Positions 25,670 through 32,000 of a stretch of DNA of 32,000 bases are shown one piece after another. Made by a program: the position numbers and the translations under genes. Each line of letters starts with the position of its first letter. The first letter of the stretch is position 1. The stretch comes from Clostridium acetireducens DSM 10703 (GTDB lineage: Bacteria > Bacillota > Clostridia > Clostridiales > Clostridiaceae), in the NCBI RefSeq assembly GCF_001758365.1, contig NZ_LZFO01000025.1:1-32000 (forward strand), in the 5' to 3' direction. The notes beneath the pieces were generated by a model. The model saw only the letters and a list, made by a program, of their open reading frames with translations, was not told the origin of the DNA and ran no database searches.

Positions 25670-26184
25670 ACGAAAAACTTAAAAATATTTGCAGCTGTAA
25701 TTATAGCTACTATGTCAGCAATAATAGCTGCCCAAAGAGTATGCCTTATTTTTTTAATTCCTACAGAACCATAGTAAACACTTAATGTATAAAATATAGT
25801 TTCTGTAGATCCCATAATTATAGATGCTAACATTCCTATATTTGTATCTACACCATAGTTTTTTAATATATCAGTATATACTCCTAAAGATCCACTACCA
25901 GACAAAGGTTTAATTAAAATTAAAGGAAGTAATTCTGAAGGAATGCCTAATAAATCAAATATTGGTTTAAATAAAGTTATTAGTAAATTTAGCACATTGG
26001 ATTCTCTAAGTACGCTTACTGCAACAATCATAGCTAATAAATAAGGAAATATTTTTATACATACATATAAACCTTCCTTAGCTCCCTCTATAAAACACTC
26101 ATACACTTTTACATTATTTATAAAACCATAAAAAATAATAGAAATAACAATTATACATACAATACTTTTAGCAATATATCCCAC
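25666..26184 (-). CDS. spmB: Spore maturation protein B (nucleoside-recognition/Gate-type membrane protein)
   Basis: 172 aa, polytopic, immediately downstream of the spmA-like gene. Size and pairing match spmA-spmB. Confidence 0.8.
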   Translation of the reverse strand: MGYIAKSIVCIIVISIIFYGFINNVKVYECFIEGAKEGLYVCIKIFPYLLAMIVAVSVLRESNVLNLLITLFKPIFDLLGIPSELLPLILIKPLSGSGSLGVYTDILKNYGVDTNIGMLASIIMGSTETIFYTLSVYYGSVGIKKIRHTLWAAIIADIVAIITAANIFKFFV

Positions 26185-26195
26185 TAATTCCCTCC

Positions 26196-26771
26196 TTAAA
26201 AATATCTTTGTAATATTTTACAACATATTACCCCAACAATAGCAGAAAAGCCAGTAGTTATTATAGTAGGAATAATAAATACTGCTGCATTTTTAGAGTT
26301 CATTGCAGCTCTTATGGATATAATTGTAGTTGGTATTATTTGAATACAACAAGCATTTAACACTAAAAATAATGCCATATCATCCGTAGCAGTGTCCTTT
26401 TTTATGTTTAACTTCTGTAGCTCTTTCATGGCTTGTATACCAAAAGGTGTTGCTGCATTAGATATCCCCATCATATTTGCAGTTAAATTCATAATTATAG
26501 CTCCCATAGCTTTTTCGCTTTTTGATACATTATTAAATATAAAACTTAAAATAGGATTTAATAATTTTGATAACTTTTTGGTAAGTCCGCTTTTTTGTGC
26601 TATTTTCATAATTCCACACCAAAAACTCATAATTCCTAACATAGCTATAGTTAATTTTACTGTAGAATCTGCTGAACTCACTATAACTTTGGAAATTTGA
26701 TCTCCTTTGCCAGTTACAAATCCTATTGCTAATCCGAAAAATAAAATAAAAAACCATATAATATTTATCAT
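26196..26771 (-). CDS. spmA: Spore maturation protein A
   Basis: 191-aa polytopic membrane protein paired with spmB. SD GGGGAG lies upstream of the ATG. Confidence 0.8.
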   Translation of the reverse strand: MINIIWFFILFFGLAIGFVTGKGDQISKVIVSSADSTVKLTIAMLGIMSFWCGIMKIAQKSGLTKKLSKLLNPILSFIFNNVSKSEKAMGAIIMNLTANMMGISNAATPFGIQAMKELQKLNIKKDTATDDMALFLVLNACCIQIIPTTIISIRAAMNSKNAAVFIIPTIITTGFSAIVGVICCKILQRYF

Positions 26772-26902
26772 AATATCTCCCCTTAATAAATTTTATAAAT
26801 TATTATAATATTTATTCCATTTTTCTATATATTTATTATTGAAAATAAGATATTATAGTGTTAACATTATTATTGTTGTTATTTTTTATTAGGAGGTCTC
26901 AA

Positions 26903-27145
26903 ATGAATATTAGAGATATAATGAAATATATAGAAAGCGAATATTCAGTTATTAATGATACTCCCTGTGAAATTTGTGGAGGTAATTATATAGCAGACTG
27001 TTTAGAAATAGATATTATAAATGGATTTCCTTATGATGTATGTACCTGTGTATGTGAAAACTGTGGTTATGAAAAGACATTTACATTTTCTGCACCTTTT
27101 ATAGATGAAAATCATTTCAAAAAAACTAAAAAAACTATGAATTAA
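26903..27145 (+). CDS. Small Cys-rich hypothetical protein (80 aa), zinc-ribbon-like
   Basis: The ATG at 26903 has AGGAGG 6 nt upstream (26891-26896). Cys pattern is CEIC...(26 aa)...CTCVCENC. A strong terminator follows. I consider the ORF-track start at 26858 an artefactual extension. Confidence 0.55.
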   Translation: MNIRDIMKYIESEYSVINDTPCEICGGNYIADCLEIDIINGFPYDVCTCVCENCGYEKTFTFSAPFIDENHFKKTKKTMN

Positions 27146-27181
27146 AAAGAGAGAAAACATTTTAAATTTTCTCTCTTTTTA
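27145..27181. terminator. Bidirectional terminator between the small Cys-rich gene and the deacetylase gene
   Basis: aaaagagagaaaa (27145-27157) pairs with ttttctctctttt (27167-27179). Confidence 0.7.
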
Positions 27182-27186
27182 ATTCA

Positions 27187-28056
27187 TTAATAATTAGCAT
27201 TATTTATTCTTCTTTTAAACTCATTTAAATCTGCATTTCCATTTATATAAACTCTATTTAATTTATATAATCCATTATCTTTATTTGCCCATCCTGAATT
27301 AGTAGTAAAAGCCATAATATAATCACATTCTTTTAAAGCTTTTATTGTATTATCATTCCACATACCATAAGGATATGCCAAGTATTTTACCTTATTATTT
27401 AACATTTTTTCTAAATCATTTTTAGATTTTTTTAAAGTTTCTAATTGCTCATTATAAGTTAATTCATACAAATTATCATGCTTCAAAGTATGACTTTGTA
27501 TATCTATACCATTAAATTTCATTTCTTTTATTTGATTAGAAGTTAAACAATTTACATCATTATCTATTGTACTGGTAACTACAAATATAATTGCATGAAA
27601 ATCAAATTTTTTTAATATGGGATATGCATTTTCGTAATTATCTCTATACCCATCATCAAAAGTTATTACTAATGACTTTTTTGGAACAGGCTTATTATTT
27701 ATAAAAAACTCATATAATTCATCTAAAGTTAATGTGGTATAATTATTTTCTTTTAGGTATGTCATTTGCTCTAAAAACTTATTTGTAGAGACCCTTAATT
27801 CACTATCTTCTTTATTATCTATAGAATGATACATAATAACAGGTATACTTTTATCATTATATATTACTTCACTACAGCTAAAGTTTCTTTTTTCTAAATA
27901 TTTATTTTTATGTTCTTTTACTTTACTTTTATTATTAACTACATTAATGTTTTTATTATATTTTTCACTCTTTTTATTGTTGATTAACATAAATGCTAAT
28001 GTTGAAGATATAAATATTAATAAAAAAATTAATATTATTTTTTTTGTTAACGACAT
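27187..28056 (-). CDS. Membrane-anchored NodB-type polysaccharide (peptidoglycan) deacetylase
   Basis: N-terminal TM helix, then NodB motifs ITFDDGYRD, SHTLKH and LAYPYG. Confidence 0.85.
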   Translation of the reverse strand: MSLTKKIILIFLLIFISSTLAFMLINNKKSEKYNKNINVVNNKSKVKEHKNKYLEKRNFSCSEVIYNDKSIPVIMYHSIDNKEDSELRVSTNKFLEQMTYLKENNYTTLTLDELYEFFINNKPVPKKSLVITFDDGYRDNYENAYPILKKFDFHAIIFVVTSTIDNDVNCLTSNQIKEMKFNGIDIQSHTLKHDNLYELTYNEQLETLKKSKNDLEKMLNNKVKYLAYPYGMWNDNTIKALKECDYIMAFTTNSGWANKDNGLYKLNRVYINGNADLNEFKRRINNANY

Positions 28057-28115
28057 AAAATTCTCCCTTCTATAACTTTTATTTATTATTAATTATACTA
28101 TAATTTTTAAGTATT

Positions 28116-28388
28116 TTATTCACATCTAGTGTATAAAATAGTGTTTATATCTTCTTAATTATATGTTAAAAACATTTAAATACCAAAAAAAATTGTGATT
28201 TTATATTAGTTATCAACATTATCCACAATTACCTTGTTGATAACTTGTGTGAATATTGTTGATTTATGTTATATTTGATTATTTTATACGTTATTTTAAT
28301 ATACAATTTATTTTTTATAGAGTACAATTAGAATTTCCGCTTTATATTATCAACATTATCCACAGAATTGTTGATAACTTGTGAATAA
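28116..28388. promoter_or_regulatory. Cluster of nine DnaA-box-like 9-mers, including a duplicated module with two perfect TTATCCACA boxes
   Basis: Plus-strand boxes at 28116-28124, 28210-28218, 28219-28227, 28347-28355 and 28356-28364. Minus-strand boxes at 28235-28243, 28248-28256, 28369-28377 and 28380-28388. An identical 18-mer and an identical 16-mer are repeated 137 bp apart. Confidence 0.55.
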
Positions 28389-28541
28389 GTTGTTATATTT
28401 CGAATATTACTAAAATTATTAACATTTTTATTATTAGTTCATATAATAATATTACCTTTAAAGCCCATTTGTATAGTCTTTCTTCTCCTCAAAAAAATTT
28501 AGAAAGGAGTGAAAATTTAATATATATTTTACTTAAATAAA

Positions 28542-28573
28542 AATAATACTGGGTATAAATACCCAGTATTATT
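28542..28573 (-). terminator. Terminator after the methyltransferase-like gene
   Basis: aataatactgggta (28542-28555) pairs with tacccagtattatt (28560-28573). A T-run follows on the minus strand. It overlaps the stop codon. Confidence 0.65.
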
Positions 28574-29216
28574 TTAAAACCATTATTAAATTTTCATCAT
28601 TATTGAATCCATAATAATATGCTTCTTTTTTATGAAACATATCTTTACTTTTAAAAATATTTAAATTAAATCCTGCTTTTCTTAATTTTTTAAAAAAGTC
28701 TCTTCCGTAAATTCTAAAAAAAATTTGTTGATTTTTATATTCATACTCTTTTTTTAATTTCTTGGAATACGATGTTTGTATTATTGCTTTACCTCCTCTT
28801 TTTAATATATTGTATAAATGCTTTATTATTTCATCTTCATTTTTTATATATTCAAATACATTGTTACAAATTATAAAATCAAAATAGTTTTTTTTAAAAC
28901 CTATATTTTCTGACTTTATATCTTTATAGAAATTTGCACTTGTATAATCTATATTTTTAGATTTTAATATACTTTTTAAATGCTCATTAGGATTTATACA
29001 TAGTAATTTTATCCCTTCATCAAAATCTTTCCATATATTTAATTTATTAAAAAACAAGACTAAATGCCTTATTTTATCATCACATTTACAATAGGGACAA
29101 TTATAATTTTCTAAATTGCTTCCTATTATTTTATATTTTTTTACTAATTTACTTTCTAAATTATATATATATTTATTAAACTTTTTGCCACAAATTATAC
29201 ATTTATGTTTTTCCAT
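28569..29216 (-). CDS. Zinc-ribbon plus class-I methyltransferase-like protein (SAM motif I degenerate)
   Basis: N-terminal CIICG...(27 aa)...CPYCKC. C-terminal FDFIICNNVFEYIKNEDEIIKHLYNILKRGGKAII resembles Methyltransf_11 motifs II-III. The expected GxGxG is replaced by LLCINPNE. SD GAGGAG lies 7 nt upstream. Confidence 0.5.
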   Translation of the reverse strand: MEKHKCIICGKKFNKYIYNLESKLVKKYKIIGSNLENYNCPYCKCDDKIRHLVLFFNKLNIWKDFDEGIKLLCINPNEHLKSILKSKNIDYTSANFYKDIKSENIGFKKNYFDFIICNNVFEYIKNEDEIIKHLYNILKRGGKAIIQTSYSKKLKKEYEYKNQQIFFRIYGRDFFKKLRKAGFNLNIFKSKDMFHKKEAYYYGFNNDENLIMVLK

Positions 29217-29386
29217 ATTATCACTCCTCGTTTAATTACTAAAAATATTAATATATTTACTTTATTATATTTTATAAAAATATATTTGTGTATGAAAAAT
29301 TTTTAGAATTTTCTTAACATTTTTTATATTTCGTGATATTATATAATAAATAAGTTATTTATTATATACGAAAGGTGGTCTCATTT

Positions 29387-29548
29387 ATGAAAAAAGATAA
29401 AATTATATATGTAAATTTTAAAAAACATAAGAAAAAAAACGAAAAATTTTATATTAGATTTATTGAAAAAATAAAGAGTATATTTCACCTTTCAAAAAAC
29501 AAATCAAAACTTAATAATTTAATAAAATATAATAAAAATATATCTTAA
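29387..29548 (+). CDS. Possible unannotated 53-aa highly basic small protein
   Basis: The ATG at 29387 has AAAGGTGG 8 nt upstream (29371-29378). Translation: MKKDKIIYVNFKKHKKKNEKFYIRFIEKIKSIFHLSKNKSKLNNLIKYNKNIS, with a TAA stop at 29546-29548. In AT-rich DNA a Lys/Asn-rich ORF can arise by chance. Confidence 0.3.
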   Translation: MKKDKIIYVNFKKHKKKNEKFYIRFIEKIKSIFHLSKNKSKLNNLIKYNKNIS

Positions 29549-29609
29549 TAAAATAAATCTATTGTATAATCTATAATTTATAGTTAATATATATTTGAGG
29601 TGTTTACAA

Positions 29610-30086
29610 ATGAGAGTTGGAATAGGATATGATGTTCATAAATTAGTAGAAAACAGAAACCTAATATTAGGTGGTGTAGAAATAAACTATAAAAAAGGAT
29701 TACTTGGTCATTCTGATGCAGATGTTTTGATTCATTCCATTATGGATTCACTATTAGGTGCAGCTTCTTTGGGAGATATAGGAAAATTATTTCCAGACAA
29801 TGATGAGCAATATAAAAATATATCAAGTTTATTACTTTTAAGTAAAGTTAAAAATATTATATACTCTAAAGGATATTCTATAAATAATATTGATAGTGTA
29901 ATAATAGCTCAAAAACCAAAACTATCACCCTTTATAAATGATATGAAAAAAAACATATGTACCATATTAAATATAAAAGAAGATCAAATAAATATAAAAG
30001 CTACTACAGAAGAAGGATTAGGATTTACAGGAAAAGAAGAAGGTATAGCTGCTCAAAGTATATGTATGCTAAAAAAAATCTCTTGA
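29610..30086 (+). CDS. ispF: 2-C-methyl-D-erythritol 2,4-cyclodiphosphate synthase
   Basis: [12 protein letters not shown] ... [31 protein letters not shown]. The ATG at 29610 has GAGGTG upstream. The ORF-track TTG at 29595 overlaps that SD. Confidence 0.95.
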   Translation: MRVGIGYDVHKLVENRNLILGGVEINYKKGLLGHSDADVLIHSIMDSLLGAASLGDIGKLFPDNDEQYKNISSLLLLSKVKNIIYSKGYSINNIDSVIIAQKPKLSPFINDMKKNICTILNIKEDQINIKATTEEGLGFTGKEEGIAAQSICMLKKIS

Positions 30087-30107
30087 TATTTTATCAAGAG
30101 ATTTTTT
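30073..30107. terminator. Bidirectional terminator between convergent ispF and arcB
   Basis: aaaaaatctcttgata / tatcaagagatttttt. The left arm overlaps the ispF TGA stop. Confidence 0.7.
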
Positions 30108-31101
30108 AAGCCATTGTAGATACTAATATAGCCTTTATTGTATGAAGTCTATTCTCTGCTTCTTCAAATACTAAAGAATATTTACTTTCAAATACTTCAT
30201 CAGTAACTTCCATAGAACTAATTTTATACTTTTCATATATTTTTTTTGAAACTTCAGTATTTAAATCATGAAAAGATGGTAAACAATGCATAAATTTCAC
30301 ATTTTCATTTTCTGTGTTTTTTAACATATCCATATTTACTTGATAAGGTTTTAATAATTTTATCCTTTTTTCCCAAACATCTTCTTTCTCGCCCATAGAA
30401 ACCCAAACATCTGTGTATATTATATCTGCATGTTTTACGCCTGCATTTATATTATCTGTTATAGTTATATTTCCATTGTTACTCATGGAAATATCTTTGT
30501 ACTTATCTACTAAATCTTTTTTAGGAAATAATTCTTCAGGAGAAATTATTCTAAAATCCATACCTAACTTTGCTGCTCCTATCATAAGAGCATTAGCCAT
30601 ATTATTTCTTCCATCACCTACATAAGCAAATTTTAATTTTTCTAAAGGAATATTTATAAATTCTCTTGCTGTTAAAAAATCTGCTAATATTTGTGTAGGA
30701 TGATCTTCATCTGTTAGTCCATTCCAAACAGGTACTCCTGAGTACTTATCTAAAGTTTCTACTATTTTCTGACTAAATCCTCTATATTCTATACCATCAT
30801 ACATTCTGCCTAAAACCCTAGCAGTATCTTTAGTTGATTCTTTTTTCCCTATTTGACTTCCTGTAGGACCTATGTAAGTTACATTGGCTCCTTGATCATA
30901 AGCTGCCACCTCAAAAGCACATCTAGTTCTTGTAGAGTCCTTTTCAAAAATTAATGCTATATTTTTTCCTTTTAATTTTTGTACTTCTGTACCAGCATAT
31001 TTAGATTTCTTTAAATATTCTGCTAAATCTAATAAAAATTTTATGTCTTTTGATGAAAAATCCATTAACGTTAAAAAGCTTCTATTTTTTAAATTGAACA
31101 T
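30106..31101 (-). CDS. arcB: Ornithine carbamoyltransferase (catabolic by context)
   Basis: [17 protein letters not shown] and MHCLPSFH motifs. 331 aa, directly downstream of arcA. Confidence 0.92.
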   Translation of the reverse strand: MFNLKNRSFLTLMDFSSKDIKFLLDLAEYLKKSKYAGTEVQKLKGKNIALIFEKDSTRTRCAFEVAAYDQGANVTYIGPTGSQIGKKESTKDTARVLGRMYDGIEYRGFSQKIVETLDKYSGVPVWNGLTDEDHPTQILADFLTAREFINIPLEKLKFAYVGDGRNNMANALMIGAAKLGMDFRIISPEELFPKKDLVDKYKDISMSNNGNITITDNINAGVKHADIIYTDVWVSMGEKEDVWEKRIKLLKPYQVNMDMLKNTENENVKFMHCLPSFHDLNTEVSKKIYEKYKISSMEVTDEVFESKYSLVFEEAENRLHTIKAILVSTMA

Positions 31102-31117
31102 ATTATCTCTCCCTACT

Positions 31118-32000
31118 TTAGTACTCTAAATTTTCTCTAAATAGAGGCATAGACATACATCTAGGTCCACCTCTTCCTCTAGATAACTCTGAAGAAGCTA
31201 TAGGTATAACTTCTATATTGTGTTTATCTAATATATCATTTGTAGTATAATTTCTTTCATAGGTTATAACTTTTCCTGGTGACAAAGCTAAAGTATTGGC
31301 TCCATCATTCCATTGCTCTCTAGAAGATATTATTTTATCTCCTCCACCACATTTTATTATTGTTACAGGTCTATTTAAATATTTAGAAAGAACTTTTTCT
31401 ATATTGTTACTTTCTTCTATTATATTTAATTTTTTATTTTCTTTATCATAAGATATTGAGGTAATTTTTAAACTTTTTTCTATTTCATTATGAATTATAA
31501 ATTTATCATAATCTAACATAGTAAGTACTGTATCTAAATGCATAAATGCTCTAATTTTGGGTATCTCAAAACATAATATTGTTTTAAAATTGTCTTTCCC
31601 AAATATATTATTAGCTATTTTTAATATAGCTTCTTTATCTGTTCTTTCTGTATTTCCTATAGCTAATAATTCTTCAGATAAAACTAACTCATCCCCTCCT
31701 TCTATATTATATTTTTCAAATTCATCATACCATTTAGGTATATTTAAATTTTTAAAATTAGTATGATATTTAAATATATATTTTGCAAAAATACTTTCTC
31801 TTTTTCTGCTTTCATGCCTCATTGAATTTAAACTTATACCTTTTCCAATTGAAGCAAAAGGATCTCTCTGAAAATATAAGTTCGGCATAGGCTCCATAAT
31901 AAAAGGATATTCCTCTAACTCTTCTTTAATATTTAAATCCTTTTTTCTAATACCTGCTATTAGTTTATCTATAATAGCTTTATCAGGCATACTTAATAAA
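31118..32000 (-). CDS. arcA: Arginine deiminase, 5'-truncated by the window edge
   Basis: [14 protein letters not shown] and the C-terminal catalytic [10 protein letters not shown]. The frame stays open upstream of the track's Met (31990) to the window end, and about 120 N-terminal residues are missing. Confidence 0.92.
   Translation of the reverse strand, partial: LLSMPDKAIIDKLIAGIRKKDLNIKEELEEYPFIMEPMPNLYFQRDPFASIGKGISLNSMRHESRKRESIFAKYIFKYHTNFKNLNIPKWYDEFEKYNIEGGDELVLSEELLAIGNTERTDKEAILKIANNIFGKDNFKTILCFEIPKIRAFMHLDTVLTMLDYDKFIIHNEIEKSLKITSISYDKENKKLNIIEESNNIEKVLSKYLNRPVTIIKCGGGDKIISSREQWNDGANTLALSPGKVITYERNYTTNDILDKHNIEVIPIASSELSRGRGGPRCMSMPLFRENLEY

Noticed and set aside
26858-26902. 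Upstream extension (MLTLLLLLFFIRRSQ) of the small Cys-rich ORF
   Set aside because: The AGGAGG SD lies inside this extension, positioned for the ATG at 26903. The extension uses a GTG with no SD.
28266-28331. 21-aa hydrophobic ORF (MLYLIILYVILIYNLFFIEYN) between the two DnaA-box modules
   Set aside because: It has no SD, and its composition is what AT-rich DNA gives by chance. It is too short to support.
28116-28388. Interpreting the DnaA-box cluster as the chromosomal origin oriC
   Set aside because: There is no dnaA, dnaN, rpmH or rnpA nearby. The flanking genes are a deacetylase and a methyltransferase-like gene. I keep it as a non-oriC DnaA-box cluster or operator hypothesis.
29595-29609. 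TTG start extending ispF by five residues (MRCLQ)
   Set aside because: The GAGGTG SD overlaps this TTG and is correctly spaced for the ATG at 29610. IspF proteins begin MR[I/V]G[I/H]G[Y/F]D.
1-32000. Search for mobile elements, prophage remnants, toxin-antitoxin pairs, restriction-modification or other defence systems
   Set aside because: I found no integrase, transposase or recombinase, no terminal inverted repeats flanking a gene block, no tRNA attachment site, and no paired small ORFs or nuclease/ATPase defence signatures. The window is core chromosome.

Overview
This is a visibly AT-rich chromosomal window that looks like a low-GC, spore-forming Firmicute. Clostridium-like is an inference from the spmAB, buk/ptb, ferredoxin oxidoreductase and arcAB content. 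I read about 32 real genes, and all but four run on the minus strand. The content is mostly housekeeping and core metabolism.

Gene order, left to right:
- ClC channel, Mrp/ApbC Fe-S carrier ATPase, a lipoprotein, lgt and a membrane-anchored hypothetical.
- A 511-aa protein whose centre is 34 uninterrupted K-E-x-aliphatic tetrads.
- The conserved block rsmA(ksgA)-rnmV-yabE-tatD-(GH73 glucosaminidase)-metG, with a Met T-box leader upstream of metG.
- A family-4 uracil-DNA glycosylase.
- An IclR regulator followed by a tightly packed nine-gene minus-strand cluster: NhaC-family transporter, buk, ptb, PLP aminotransferase, MFS transporter, and the delta-alpha-beta-gamma subunits of a 2-oxoacid:ferredoxin oxidoreductase. 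This reads as a complete oxidative amino-acid fermentation module.
- MATE efflux pump, spmA-spmB, a small Cys-rich protein and a NodB-type polysaccharide deacetylase.
- A 512-bp gene-free gap carrying a duplicated module dense in DnaA-box 9-mers.
- A zinc-ribbon methyltransferase-like gene, a possible unannotated 53-aa basic ORF, ispF, arcB and a partial arcA.

I found no rRNA, tRNA, CRISPR array, transposase, integrase or recognisable defence system.

The signals least explained by ordinary annotation are:
- the DnaA-box cluster at 28116-28388;
- the tetrad-repeat protein at 4875-6410;
- the repeated GGAACGATGTTCT palindromes around the IclR-controlled operon.

All functional calls come from motif and architecture recognition by eye. 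No search or fold computation was run.
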